DNA from: Azolla caroliniana
Lineage: Eukaryota > Plantae > Polypodiophyta
Length of the DNA: 64,000 nucleotides
NCBI GenBank assembly: GCA_043228905.1
Contig: JBHGNT010000001.1
Span: 15,686,001 to 15,750,000 of the forward strand
Direction of reading: 5' to 3'
Under the pieces are notes generated by a model that saw only the letters and a list, made by a program, of their open reading frames with translations, searched no databases and was not told the origin of the DNA. The position numbers were made by a program, and so were the translations under genes. Below, piece by piece: positions 13,512-26,600 of the stretch; position 1 is the first letter of the stretch, and each line of letters opens with the position of its first letter.

Positions 13512-14960
13512 TCTTACCGATTAGGAACACAACCTACCCACAGTCCTTTGGGGTAGGGCTCAAGGAGGTTGTGGTACAGGAAATGGATTAGCATAGTAGG
13601 TCTAGCCTCAGCGTAGTACAAGGTTAAAGTTTCACTAAGTGTCTGCGAAGGTAAGGCATTAATTGAAGACAGGTACAACCGAGCTCCTTCCTATTGTGTG
13701 TCATTGTACAGAGATACGCTACTTTCCCTAAGAATGGATACGCTTTTGAATGACACAGAGGGAGAGAGAGCAATCAACACTTAGATCAAAAAAGACAATA
13801 TAACTATATTAGACTAGTTATGCTCAATACTATGCTAGTTCTTACAATGTTCCTATGCCATTTATATATGCATGATATAGTCGGTTATGCTTCATGCGTG
13901 AACTATTACATGCGTTACTTTAACGCTTTTTTTATAATAATACGCCTAAATACTAGTCCGCCCTTAATCTTCGCCTCATTTCTCACTAGGGCAGACAACA
14001 CGTGGCACGCCTGTGGGACATTGCCATGCCACGTCGGACCCATCCTCCTTTTCTACTCATTGTAAAAAATATCGAGGATATTTGTTTTCGGGCGCTCATC
14101 TTTATTTATCATAACAGGTGGTGTCGTCAGGGGGGTGGGTTCGCCATTTTCAAGGTTGGCCGGTGGTCCCCACGTCGTGGTCTCTATCATCAGTGCGTCC
14201 CCCTCCTGTTGGTTGGCCATCAGCGTCGTGGTCTCCACATCCGGTGCACCTCCCTCCTGTGGGTCGGCCATCATATCCTCTCGTAGCGACTCTGTCGATG
14301 GTTCCGTCCGGATTTCTTCTTGTGCGCCTACGGATGCACTGGCTGGTGCGTCTCCCTTCTGTGGGTCGACCATCATACCCTCCCATAGCGACTCCCACGG
14401 TGGTCCCGTCTGGATTTCTTCCTGTGTGCCTGCGGAAGTATGGTCGGGGGCACTTTGTAGCTTTGGTGGGCGTGGTGCGCAAGTGCCCGGCCATGGATCT
14501 GCTTGTAGTGCCTCATTCGTAGTGCCTTCCGGAGAAGAGGGGATATCATTTGGTGTTGCTGCAGTAGTGACCTCCGGGGCTTCCTCTTGTTCGTTCAGAC
14601 TCCCGTGCTGTTCTATGGAATCATTATCCGGTAGGTTGATGGCCTCCATCATCTTCGCCTCTTCCACACTTTGTTGTTCGCTTCTGATGTCGTGTAACAG
14701 GCGGAATGTGTCTTCTTGACTTTCACCGAAGTCATCTAATAGTTGTGCTAGTTCTTCGGTGTGCTGGTCGGCTAAGGACTAGTAATCCTGCGTAAGGTCT
14801 TCGTGAATCGTAGCAATGCTCTCTTCGCTTAGCTATTAAAACCCTTTTCCTTCCTTATGCTGATTTTCCCAGTCCACTTTGTATGTGTGGAGTTCCGCTG
14901 CCTGCATCGCCCATCCGGCCCATCCTCTATCTAACACCGCTTGAAGTTGGTCCATCCTCT
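13512..14960 (-). mobile_element. 3' end of a PPT-less gypsy: LTR 13512-14000, tRNA-like motif 14003-14019, C-terminal part of the extra ORF
   Basis: LTR ends resemble 34261-34700 (TGTTGTCTGCC / TGTTCCTAATCGGTAA); LDRGWAGWAMQAAELHTYKVDWEN and ...NILDIFYNE* match 39102-39929. Confidence 0.9.
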
Positions 14961-15877
14961 GTCTAAACTCTTCAAAATTATTTAACAAAGGAGAGTTTTT
15001 TTCTAACAAGGTGGCAAACCATGCCAAAGCCATGCCACTAAGTAGCGTGCCTACTAGCCCCACTCGTGATTCATTGATGGGATATCGAGAAGGATGCATT
15101 TGAATCACTAAACGTACATGATTAAGAAATCCTCTAAACTACTATCGGGTCCCGTCAAATTTCATAGGAAGACCGATCTTGGGTTCTTTGGGAGTCCCTT
15201 GAGTGCTTGATCCTTGTTGTTGTAATGACAGAATAGTCACTTCAAGTTGTTGCTCACGTAACGTCAGCTCCCTATGTTGTTGTTTTTCTAGGGCTACTTG
15301 TTGAAGATCCCCGAACAGACGTTGATTTTCTTATTCTAGCGCCACAAACTTTTCTTTTAAGTACTGGAGCTACGAGAAAACCGATTGGTATTCTTGAGCG
15401 CTAACCGTTGCTATTTAGTAAGAGGATAAGAGGATGGGAAATTCGGTTCAAACTGTCAGGAATAGTACTGAGATAGAGAGGAAATTAGTACTAAGAGATG
15501 AGAGGATTAGTACTAAGAGGAGAAGAGGGTATAGAACACTCGAGAGAAGGAGCGAGAGAGAGAGAATGATGATAACAAAATATATATTATATGAAAAGAA
15601 TATGCAAGGATAGCTAGGAGGCTTAAGACTAGCATTGAACCGAATTGGTTCCCAATAATGCCATGTGCCTCTTTTTATAGTATGCTTAGGAGTACTCTTG
15701 ATGTTTCTAGAATGTTCTAGAGAAATTTTGAATATACATGGATTTCCTAAATAAAATATAAATGGAAATAATATTCTTTGTATTACAATGTATAGCTTAA
15801 TTGTAAGGCTCCAACCCATGGGACATAAGGTCATGGATTCAAATCCTTCTGAAGTCATACCATGCTATATTATGACA
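14960..15877 (-). mobile_element. Tcn1/Tf1-like chromovirus 5' end: LTR 15454-15877, self-priming PBS, gag start
   Basis: EPKIGLPMKFDGTR..FRGFLN..HPSRYP..VGLVGTLLSG.ALAWF; TGTCA..TGACA termini; 12-nt LTR/PBS complementarity. Confidence 0.82.
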
Positions 15878-16874
15878 CCCGGAAAATTGTGAATTGTCTG
15901 GAAAACAGAGCCCGAAGACAAAAGTAGAGAAGTCAGAAATGATGAAGATATTGTATGCCTGAGCAGTCGGAAACGTCATGTACGCAATGGTGTGTACATG
16001 ACCTAGACATCGGATATGTAGTCGGAGTGGTTAGTTGGTTCATGAGCAATCCGGGAAGAGAACACTAGGCCGTCATCATGTGATTACTTTGGTACCTAAA
16101 ATCCGATTTGGCTCAGGTAAATCCCAACATGAAAGATTCACCAATTTGGACATGTTGGGTAATGTGGACACCAGTCGGTCTACATCTAGATACATCAATA
16201 CATATGCAGGGGGAGCCGTATCGTGACAATCGGGGCTGGAGAAGTCCGTTGCACTGTCGACAATGAAAGCGGAGTACATGGCAGCCGTGGAAGCCGGAAA
16301 GGAGGTAATCTGGATGAGGTACTTCATCGGAGAGCTGGGGATCAATAAGAGGAATATCGGCTCTACTGTGACAGTGAAAGCGCCATCCACCTTGCAAAGA
16401 ACACAACCTATCACTCGAGAACGAAGCACATCCAACGTAGATACCACTAGCTTCAGGAGAGAATAGAAGATCAAGAATTCACTATGGTGAAGATCCACAT
16501 GGAGAATGGATCAAATATGCTGACCAAGGTGCTTTTAACCGACAAACTGGACGAATGTCGAAGACGGATCAGATTGACAAGGAACCCCATGCCGGAGTGA
16601 AGGGGGAGTTTTGTTGGGAATCGGGTCCCTCCAGATGGGGTAGGACGAACCGGAGCAAGGAGCCGGATTGGATGGACACGGAAGGATATTCGAAAGCCGG
16701 ACCGGGTGGACCCGGATGGGGTCCAACCAGATCCGATGTGAACCATGAGAAGGAACATATTGGTAAATATGTTTGTATGTGCCATTGACGCCATATTTGT
16801 AAATAGCCCCAAAGTTATATAAGTATAAATATAACTAGAGACATATTGTTGTTGTGATTTGGGTGTGAGTGTTG

Positions 16875-16927
<53 letters not shown>

Positions 16928-17182
16928 AAAGCATTTTCTGTTGTAACCTCCGGTTGGCGAAGACAGAGCTCGAGGTCATTGGCCCAGAGTCTCACAATGC
17001 TAGTTTCTTTCTCTCATAATGATAGTTGGAGTCTGTGGGCTCCCGTGGTTTTTCCCTAGAAAGTGTTTTCCACGTTAACATTTGGTGTCGTCCATTCCAT
17101 CTTGTTAAGTGCATTGTTACTTTCTGTTCAATCTTCCATTTGCATTATGGAACTCTATTGTGTCTGATCACTATTTCCATTA
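15878..17182 (+). mobile_element. copia 3' part: RT end/RNase H remnant, PPT 16600-16608, 3' LTR 16612-17182 with (GA)n
   Basis: AEYMAAVEAGKE, ..KEPHAGVKGE; GAAGGGGGAG PPT; LTR very similar to ~10985-11458, so probably the same element as 10985-13510. Confidence 0.85.
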
Positions 17183-17672
17183 AAACCCTAGTAGACTAAC
17201 ACAATAGGATACAGACTCTGATCAATGAACTAAACAAACGCGAAACAGAAAACCAGTATTGGGGAACCCAAACAAAACGGGGGGAAAACTCCAAAATGGG
17301 AACCCCTTTACAAGAGACTCTCTCCCCCTTTTATAACCCAAGGAGGGGATGTACGTTACAAAATCGGTCCAATATTCCTCTTTTTCAAAAAAGATATTTG
17401 ATTGTTACGATACCTGAAGTGGTGATAGGAGAAGTACATTTAAACCCCCCCCCTCACTTTCACACTCCCTACTACCCTATGTGTGTGCATGTGGACCGTT
17501 GTACACATCACACTTATTCCATTCATTAAATCTATCGACGCCCTTCACACCCTTCACTTTTCCCCTTCTTATTTCTATATGCATTTCGTAATGTACATGT
17601 GCACATGTCGCACATCGCCGACTTCGCCCATTCCACCAAGTTTTCTCACTGTCACTGAATATCTTCACGACA
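17183..17672 (-). mobile_element. LTR fragments
   Basis: Ends ATCTTCACGACA, the reverse complement of the 6987 LTR start TGTCGTGAAGAT; the remainder is LTR-like but unassigned. Confidence 0.5.
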
Positions 17673-17679
17673 CCACTAG

Positions 17680-18360
17680 ACCAGTCCTTTTTGGATTGTC
17701 GACGAATTCAATGGGATGTACCAACTGGCTGCTTTAGCAGGCGAAGTCATGGCCAAATGGGGCAATGGGTTCCAAATGAAACCCTACATCGAGGCCACAC
17801 TTCCAAACCCCTTTTCGACAAACCACACGAACACGGACTGTGTGAGGTAGGTTGAAAGGTGGCTAACGATTTCGCCTCGCCACAATCACGGTAACAACTC
17901 TACCTACCCTAATGTGTATATTAGGTGTAATTATGAAGAAAAGAAAAAGGAAAAGCAAAAACCTACTAAGAAGGTATTTAAAGTGCATGCGCATACACCA
18001 AGTTCAAGAGAAGCAAGTAAAGGTTCGTTCCCAATACGTGGCATTAACACCAATAATGGCCAGAAGGATTCTCTATCTAGAGCACACTACACTGCCTTGG
18101 GAATCATAGGGTATACAAAAAATGTTTTCGCAAAGGTATGGAGTCCTTTCGCACAAATAAATAAAAACAAAAGCATAGACTCTCTACCTAAGCTCTTCAC
18201 CCCCTCCCTCTCTACGCATATGCACCCACCTACCACAAACCAATATAGAGATAGAAATCACAATGCCGATCGAAGTTCTGATGGAGCTCCGCACCTGGTT
18301 GCACAAGCATGACCTAGGGGGGTACTTGAAAGTGGTGGATGCACCTCCCCATCCCAACGT
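17680..18360 (+). pseudogene. gypsy INT C-terminus, spacer and N-terminus of the extra ORF
   Basis: PFWIVDEFNGMYQLAALAGEV.AKW.NGFQMKPY..PNPF; at 18263 MPIEVLMELRTWLHKHDLGGYLKVVDAPPHP, homologous to 36475. Confidence 0.85.
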
Positions 18361-19340
18361 TGTCGTGCCTTTCGATGTAGGATAGTTGCGTGAGTCGGGT
18401 GGAAACTACCGAGGTTATGGACTAGGAAGAGGAGAATTTTAAGGTTAATAAGAATATGAAATAGATTGTAAGAAAGAGATGCAAAAAACCTCGTGAATTC
18501 CACGAGTGTATTTTATTAGATTAATCAACCCTTAGAACCCTAATAGTAGATTCGAATAGATTGGAAAAGATCAATCGAAAAATCGCAAATCACACGAATA
18601 GAAAATATTAGATCAATATTTAGAAATTCTAATAAAACCCAAGAATTCACCAACCACAATACATCTTTCTCTTCCCCTCATATAGTGATGGAAGAGGCTA
18701 AGTATAGCTTACCACATGGCAAGCATCATGCTTTCTCTAAAGTGTTGATACACACTAGATGTGCATGAATCACTTTTTCTATCAAGCTTTTTCTTTTAAT
18801 TATAATGCTCATGCACGCTAGATGTGCATGAGTAGCTTTTTCTATAAAGCGTTTTCTTTAACTAAAGTTTTATGCACGCTACATGTATATAAGTAGCTAT
18901 TTTCTAGAATTTATACTTGAAGATAAGCTTTTCTAAGTATTAAATCCATAATTATATTATTTATGATGATTTGGTACAATGGTAAGCTTTGGGTTTGTTT
19001 ACATGGAGGTATATGGTTTGAATATTGCCCTGTGCATGTGAATATATTTTAGTATTTTCTTCTATTTCTTTATTTTTACTTAATCGGGTACTCTGTACAT
19101 TTTTCACGTAGTGTAAGAAGTACACTACAACACGCTACACATATATAAGTAGTTTTTTTCTAGAATTTATACTTGAAGATAAGCTTTTCTACGTATTAAA
19201 TTTATAATTATATTATTTATGATGATTTGGTACAATGGCAAGGTTTGGGTTTGTTTACATGGAGGTATAGGGTTTGAATATTGCCCTGCACATGTAACAT
19301 AAATTTTAGTATTTTCTTCTATTTTTTTATTTTTATTTAA
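18361..19340 (-). mobile_element. LTR of the fungal-type gypsy family (18361-19132) plus a partial tandem duplication
   Basis: TGTCGTGCCTTTCG..CACTACAACA is homologous to 38355-39076 and 59134-59863; 19133-19340 repeats ~18877-19085. Confidence 0.85.
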
Positions 19341-19344
19341 TTGG

Positions 19345-19841
19345 TGTCACATTCTAGACTCGAACCTCTGACATTTAACACACACAATACATTGTGTTGT
19401 GTTAACCATATGGAAACTCTTGTGGACTATCAACATTTGATTGTGAACTTCTATATATTGTAAAGTCTACTGTATAGTACATTAGAGAATATTCTAGTCG
19501 TTCTTATATTCTAGAATTATTCTGTGGTATATTCTAAACGAGTATATTCTTGAGATATTTCTCGAGAATATTCTAGAGATATTCAATCTCAAAAATTGTA
19601 TAAATATTTCTAACATCTTGGTTCCTTTCAAGGGATTTAACACCAGTCATTGACACATCAATCTAGTATTCTCGTTTCGCCCCATCTTGTCTCCTTGATC
19701 TTTAGCTATGTCTTCATTCTCGTTTGTCGCTCACAACATCTAGAGTTCCTAGCCTCGTCACATCTACCTCCAAGTTCATCCGTCCCTCATAGCCCCATCA
19801 TCTGTGCTCCATCCTAGTCCGCGCTTGGTGTGTCCGTGACC
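19345..19841 (+). mobile_element. LTR of the same family as the 21058/30759 solo LTR, opposite orientation
   Basis: TGTCACA...TTGGTGTGTCCGTGAC; TATAAATA at ~19599; internal TTTCAAGGGAT..AACAC.AGTCA.TGACACATCAATCTAGTATTCT is the reverse complement of ~21262-21310. Confidence 0.8.
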
Positions 19842-20244
19842 ATTTGAATCCCTTCCAACTGGAAGCACCACCCGTCCTCGTCATCACCTTTGCTTCTAGA
19901 GTTACCATCATCACCGTCCTTGCTTCCAGAGTTACCATCATCAACATCCTTGTTTTCGACTTCATCATTTTCAACACCTCTTCGCCCAACCATCGTCGTC
20001 ATTAACACTACTTGTCATCATTTTTAGGTATCATTTTGCATCACGGTTTTGGTGAGGAGTGCTTTCGATCGCTAACCTTCTAGTTTCGGTGGGGGTCACA
20101 ACCGCTCACTTTCCTGGTGGTGATCACATGGATTTCTCGCTAGCGCTACCATTTGTGCCATGTTTTGGGTCAACCTCGACTATTTACCCTCTCCTCTCAT
20201 AATAGAAGAAGTCGAGTCAACCGCTTCACTTGCACTCCTTCACC

Positions 20245-20800
20245 CATTCATGTTCTAGTTCCTGGTGAGGACCACATGGTCACTCACTCCCGTTCGTGTT
20301 CTAGTTCTCAATGAAGACCACATGGTCGCTCACATCGTTCGTGTTCCAGTTCCCGGTGAGGGTTGCATGGTCGCTCACTCCTGTTCATGTTCTAGTTCTC
20401 GGTGAGACCATGGTCGCTCACTCTCGTTCATGTTCTAGTTCTCGGTGAGACCTCATGGTCGCTCACATCGTTAGTACTCCAGTTCCCGGTGAGGGCCACA
20501 TGGTTGCTCACTCCTGTTCGTGTTCTGCTTCTCGATGAGGACCACATGGTCGCTCACATCATTCATGTTCCCGTTCCCGGTGATGGCCGCATGGTCACTC
20601 ACTCCCTTTCGTGTTCCAGTTCTCGGTGAGGACCGCATGGTCGCTCATGCCCATTCATGTTTCTGATGAGGACTACACATGGTCGGTCGCTCACGTTCTG
20701 ATTCCCAGTGAGGGCCACACATGGTCGCTCACGCCCGATCGTGTGCCAGTTCTCAGTGAGGACCACATATGGTCGCTCATGTTCTGATTCCTAGTGAAAA
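20245..20800. repeat. ~46-bp minisatellite, ~12 copies
   Basis: Recurrent GTTCATGTTCTAGTTCTCGGTGAGGACCACATGGTCGCTCAC. Confidence 0.9.
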
Positions 20801-20809
20801 GGACAAGAG

Positions 20810-21057
20810 CCTCACAAAAGGAGAAAGAAGTTGATAGAGAATCTAGTGCCTCGAGACAAAAGAAGGAATCTAAGTAGAATGAGGAAGAGGAAAATTTGAG
20901 AAGGAGACACTCCAAAAGGAAGATAAAGATGGAGGATATTCCTATGGGAGAAGGTGAAGAAGCTTTCAATCGGAAGCATGAATTGATATCGAGTGGACCA
21001 AGGATAACATGGCCACAACTTCTCCAATTATCTCCCACATTACGAAAGGAGTGGGGA
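20810..21057 (+). pseudogene. old gypsy gag/PR linker; continues at 30760 after the nested insertions
   Basis: PRITWPQLLQLSPTLRKEWG joins KLASNRQSRKTVHYV across the GGGGA TSD. Confidence 0.65.
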
Positions 21058-22689
21058 TGTCACGGACACACCAACCCTAGACTATGACGAAGCATGAATG
21101 ATGAGGCTACGACCGTTAAGGTTACGAACATGGAACTCGACGTGATGAGGCTAGAAACTCAGGAAGTTGGGATCGATGAGATGAGGAACTTAAGACGCTA
21201 GGAACAAATACAAGAGCATAAAGACAGAGATGTAAATCAAGGAGAGAAGATGGGGTTAAACAAGAATACTAGATTGATGTGTCAGTGACTAGTGTTCGAT
21301 CCCTTGAAAGGGACTTAGGAGGTTACAAGTATTTATACTATGAGTCGAAGTACATGCATTAGAATATTTGGGAGAATATTCTAGAACCCTTTAGAACCTT
21401 CTAGTTCTAGAACTTTCTAAAAACTCCTAGAACTTGAAATAGATAATCTACTAATAATCTATTGTGGGGGTGGGGGGTTACGATAGAGAGAGAGAAGGAG
21501 AGTGAAAATAAGAATGACACCAAAATAAGAGGGAAAAAGTTATTCATTACATACCCCATAGGGGGTTTATATAATACATCCAATGTAACGGTTACATGAC
21601 CGTTATAAATAAGACCGTTACACATTCTTGTACACATGCACATAATTGTCCATGTGTCCATACACATACTCATCCTCACACACTCATTTACTTTACACAT
21701 ACACATCAACCACATCATTACACATACCCTTATGCTTCCCCGTATATTCTTACGAGTAACACATGGCACGCCTGTGGGACAGTGCATTGCATGATGAACC
21801 CACTCTCCATGGCAACTCTTCTCGACCAGAACTCCATCGGTCGTCTCAACGGTCGGAAATCCCTCGACCGGATCACTGCTCTACGATCGATAACTTCGAT
21901 CGGAGCTTTGCTTGACTCGAACCTTCTCGTTTGATCAACACAAGTCAAGATTAGTTCATTGTGGCATGGGTCATGAAATCGTGTTGTGCATTTGTGATTT
22001 CTTTCTTTCATCATGTGAAGTGCGTTTTATATTTTTTACCCTTTGGTCTTTAAAATTGTGCCCTCAAGTTTTTCTTTTTTTTTTTTCTTTTTTTTTATGC
22101 CCTTGAATTTTTGAAATTTTCTCTTCTACCCTTCAGTTTTTAAATTTTGGTCTCATGCCCTCGAGCTTTTGAAATTCCATCATCTACCCTCGAACTTCTG
22201 AAATTCGGTTTTGATGCCCTCCAATTATTGAAATTACCTAGAATGTCCTTCTCCTCTTTCCTTTTCTTCAATTGTTTTTCTTATTCTTATTGTCACTTCT
22301 TATTCTTCTCTTTTCTTTGCTTTGTCTTCTTCTACGTCTTTCTCTTCTTCCTTTCTATTTTTCTTCTCTGTCTCTGTCTTCTTCTTGCGTTCTTCTCCTT
22401 CCTTTCTTCCGTTTCTTCTTTGCCTTCATCCGTTTCTCCTTCTTTAGCCATGACAAGAGCTTGGTGGAGCTCTCTCTCTACTCTATCTTGGTCTGTGTCT
22501 ATGTCTGTCTAAGTCGTTTATGTTCGTCGGCTGTCGGTCGTGCCTGTCCGTTGGCCATCTGTCGACCATCGTCGTCGCTGACGGTCCGACAACCATCTCT
22601 CAGTTCGGCCGACTGAGTCGTCGATGATCGTGTTTGTTTGGCCAGTTTCTTTTTGGTCGTCTGGCCCGTTGGTCATCTCTCTTGGGTGG

Positions 22690-23110
22690 TTGTTTTGGCC
22701 ATACTCTTAGCCACGCGTCTCGGCCATATTCTCAGTCGCGCGTCTTGACCGTGCTAGTGGCCACACGTCCTGGCCATCTTCTCGGCCGCGCGTCTCGACT
22801 ATGCTCTTGATTGCGCGTCTCGGCCGTCATTTCTCGGCCATCACTTGGCCGTACTCCCAACCACGCGTCTCATCTTGGCCGTACTCTTGGCCACGCATCT
22901 CGTCTTGGCTATACTCTTGGCCGGGGGTCCCGGCCATACTCTCGACTACGCGTCTTGGCAGTCCTCTCGGACACGCACCCTGGCCGTCTTCTTAGCCATG
23001 CATCTCAGCCACGCGTCTCTCGGTCGTACTCTCGACCACGCGTCTCGTCTTGGCCGCAAGTCCCGACCATCCTCTCGACTGCGCGTCTCGGTCATCCTCT
23101 TGGCCATCCT
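22690..23110. repeat. degenerate ~25-bp GC-rich tandem repeat
   Basis: Recurrent GGCCATACTCTCGGCCACGCGTCTC-like units. Confidence 0.85.
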
Positions 23111-23654
23111 CTCAGGAGACAAGCATGTCCTTGTGATGTTTAGAGCATGGAGATACGACACAAACAAAACGATATAGGGGCAAAGCCCTCGGGTCTCTTT
23201 CTTCCTTCTTTCTCCTTTCTACCTTCTTCTTCCTCCTTTCTTCTTTCTTTCTGTTGTTGTTGTTTCTTCCTCCTCCTTTTCTCTTCTCTTGGCGTAGCGT
23301 ATGTCTTTAACTGTTTTCTGTGTTTCTCTGCGTCTAATGAAGCTTCCTCTTCAATCTCCTCTCTTCCTGTCCAACTCGTCATCGATAGCTGCCAGCCGTT
23401 GGACCTTCTGTCCGGTAGGCCTTGTCCGTTGTCTCCTTCTCAGAATCCACCTGTCTGGCTGGTTATCAGATGTTGATTCAGCCCCTGCTGTTTGGCGGCC
23501 GACCCTATTTGGGTGGTTGTCAAACTGGTCATCTCTCTGTTCGGCTGTGTCTTTCCGGCCACATGTCGTGCTTCGGCTGTTGATCGTTTCTGTTATGCCG
23601 CCAACTGTAGGACTGTCTTTCCACCAACAGTCGTTGTCCCAATCCGACTGTTCG

Positions 23655-26600
23655 TCTAGAAAGTAGCGTGTAGAAGCAAGTATGAAGACCGAACAAAAGG
23701 GAGGAAACTCAAGTTCAATGGAGAGCTTGGGCTTACACGGTATACATAGGAGAGACAGAGAGAGAGAAAAACAAAAAACTATATTCAACAATAATACTCA
23801 GTCTGTACATAAGACGTGCTCACTGAACACTTTTATACAAGCCCTAGAAGGACTGACCGAAGTACTGACAGTACTTCAATGCTCATCAAGAGCTCCTACA
23901 CTAACTCCCAAATATATTCCTCACGGAATATCTTTCCTAACGACCTCCCGGTTTACGCACTCGGCCTAACCAATCGGTCCGAACCGATCCGGTCCTCGGC
24001 TTCTTCAGCCGAACCGGCCGATGTTGAGCTTGTCTCTCAACACTCCCCCTCAAGCTCAACTCGAGGCTCTTCGGGATCCTCGGGCTCACAGCTCCGGTTC
24101 CTCCTGGCTTCACGCCTTGCTCGCGCTTCTCGACCTGTTCGACTCTGCGCACTTCGACCCTTACGATCAGCTTGTCTGCTCATGTGACCCTTATCAGCTC
24201 TTCTGTTGTTGCGGTGTCGACACTTCTTCTGCTGCCTTTTCTTCCACTTGGGCCTTGGTTGATTCAACGTGTCTGAATCAAACATCCGAACCGACTCGGC
24301 TACTTCCGATCGGTTTTCGCTCTCGTCCGAGTTGGCTGTCTCCAACTCGTCTTCGGTCTTCTCGTCCTCAATTGTGTCATCTCCCCCATGCGTGGTTGAC
24401 ATCGTCTCTCTCCTTCGGCTGCTCCCCTTCTGTCCGCTTCCGGACTTTTCCGTGGGTCTGCCCTCGGCTTCTTCAGCCGATCCGAAGTCGAACATGACAA
24501 CCGAGTCAACCGACTTGGTGTCGCAGTCTCTGCTCCTTTCCTTATGCCTTGCTTGGTCGTTCGGGACTGTTCTCCCCCTCAAGTTCGGCACGTCGAGGTG
24601 ACGCAAGCTGAGTGCACCTGAGAATTGCCGCAACTTGTCCAGACCAAGAGGCTTTGTGAAGATGTCGGCAGTCTGCCGATCCGTCGGAACGTACTGAAGT
24701 TCGACTTCACCGGAAAGGACACGCTCACGAACGAAATGATAGTGCACCTCAATGTGCTTGTTTCGTGCGTGGAAAACGGGGTTCTTCGCGAGCTGGATGC
24801 TGCTAAGGTTGTCGCGGTAGATCGTCGTCAGATCTGACACCTCCACTTGCAGGTCCTTAAGTAGCCGTTTCAACCATATGGCTTCGCATGTCGTGACAGC
24901 CGCTCCTCGGTACTCAGCTTCGATGCTCGACAGTGCAACTATCGGCTGCTTCTTACTGCTCCACGCGATCGCGGCACTCCCGAGGGAGAGCACGTATCCG
25001 GACGTGGATCGGCGATCGGCGGCGTTGCCAGCCCAATCAGCATCGGTGTAGCCGACTAACTGCGCAGCTGCACCGGTCCAATATAGCAGTCCCCGGTCCT
25101 TAGTGTCGTTGACATACCGAAGTATGCGTTGCGCACACTGGAGGTGCTCCTCGGTAGGTCGCGCCATGAACTGACTGATCACTCCGACCGGATAACTGAG
25201 GTCGGGTCGGGTGATGGTCACGTATATGAGGCTTCCGACAATTTGCCGGAACCTCGTCGGGTCGCATACCTTTCCCGTATCGGGACGAAGCTTGATGGTT
25301 TTGTCAAGAGGAGTCGAGACGGACTTACAGTCGGCCATCCCGAGTTTGAAGAGCATACCCAGCACGTAATGACATCGGCTGATCAATATGCCTTCGAGGG
25401 TACGGATCACTTCGATCCCGAGGAAGTAATGAAGGTCCCCCAGATCCTTCATGTCGAACGATGCCGCAAGCTGGATCTTCACGCGGTCGATTTCTCCTAG
25501 GTCGGTGCCGATGATGACCAAGTCATCAACATATAGCAAAATACTAACCAGTCTGAGTCGACCTTTCCAGATGAACAGGGAAGAGTTCGATTTTGACGTG
25601 ACGAAGCCCATCCGACGCAGTTGTTGCGTGATCTTCGCGTTCCAAGCACGCAGGGCTTGTTCCGTCCGTAAAGGGACTTCTTCAGTCGGCATACTACCGA
25701 GGAGTTCGTTCCGGAGTGAAATCCGGGGGGCTATACCATGTACACCTGTTCCTCAAGGTCACCTTGCAGGAACGCATTCTTTACATCCATCTGATGTAAG
25801 TGCCACCCCTTCGCCGCAGCTACTGCGAGCAAAACACAGACGGTCGTCATTTTCGCGACCGGCGCAAACGTCTCATCGTAGTCGATGTTGTGTTTCTGCG
25901 CATAGCCCTTTGCCACTAGCCGAGCCTTGTACCGGTTGACCGAGCCATCGGTGTTGTACTTGACCCTGTACACCCACCTACACCCGATCGGCTTCACACC
26001 CTTCGGTGCGTCAACCAGGTCCCAGGTCTCGTTCTCCGCCAATGCGTGCATCTCTTCCTCCATCGCGGCATGCCAATTCGCGTCTTTAACCGCTTCTGCG
26101 TAGCTTTCCGGCTCACGCACTTCCGCTACACGGGTCATGTACGCATAATGATGCGCCATGTACTCGTTGTATCCGAACCGCAAAACAGGATTCTTCTGGC
26201 GGGTAGATCGGCGTAATCTCTCGTTAGCCGATGTCGAGGCCTTCTCGGTCGACGCGGTCTTCACCTTTAAAGACCCGTCACTGGTTCCCTCGGAGTCGGA
26301 CTCGCGTCGGTCTGACTCATTCCTTTCCGTGCTGGAATCCGACACCTTCTTCTTCCCTTTCTCTTTGCGCGTAAGCCGTCTCCTCGGCTTCCTGCGCGGG
26401 GAATGCATGGCGGAGTCTCCACTACTCGCCGGCTCTTCATCGGACTGATCATACCGACTCAGTCGTCCAATCGGTCCACTTAAGCGGAGTGAAATCGGAC
26501 TCTCTTCGCGGGTCTCGATTTCGGGCTCATCCGGAGGCATCTCGGCCTCACTGACCTCATCGTCAAAACACGGATTGGACTCGGGGATCAGAGTCGGGGA

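Noticed and set aside
15790-15855. Functional tRNA genes at the A/B-box-like segments
   Set aside because: No complete cloverleaf or acceptor stem is visible and they are embedded in LTRs; reported only as tRNA-derived modules.
20660-20680. CTGATGAG as a hammerhead ribozyme core
   Set aside because: It is a variant of the minisatellite unit and no paired GAAA(C) core is seen nearby.
20245-20800. CRISPR-like array
   Set aside because: Units are contiguous degenerate tandem copies without unique spacers; no cas genes; eukaryotic TE context.
22147-23476. Hydrophobic F/L/S-rich ORFs as membrane or Env proteins
   Set aside because: They are translations of pyrimidine-rich low-complexity tracts and tandem repeats, with no conserved motif.
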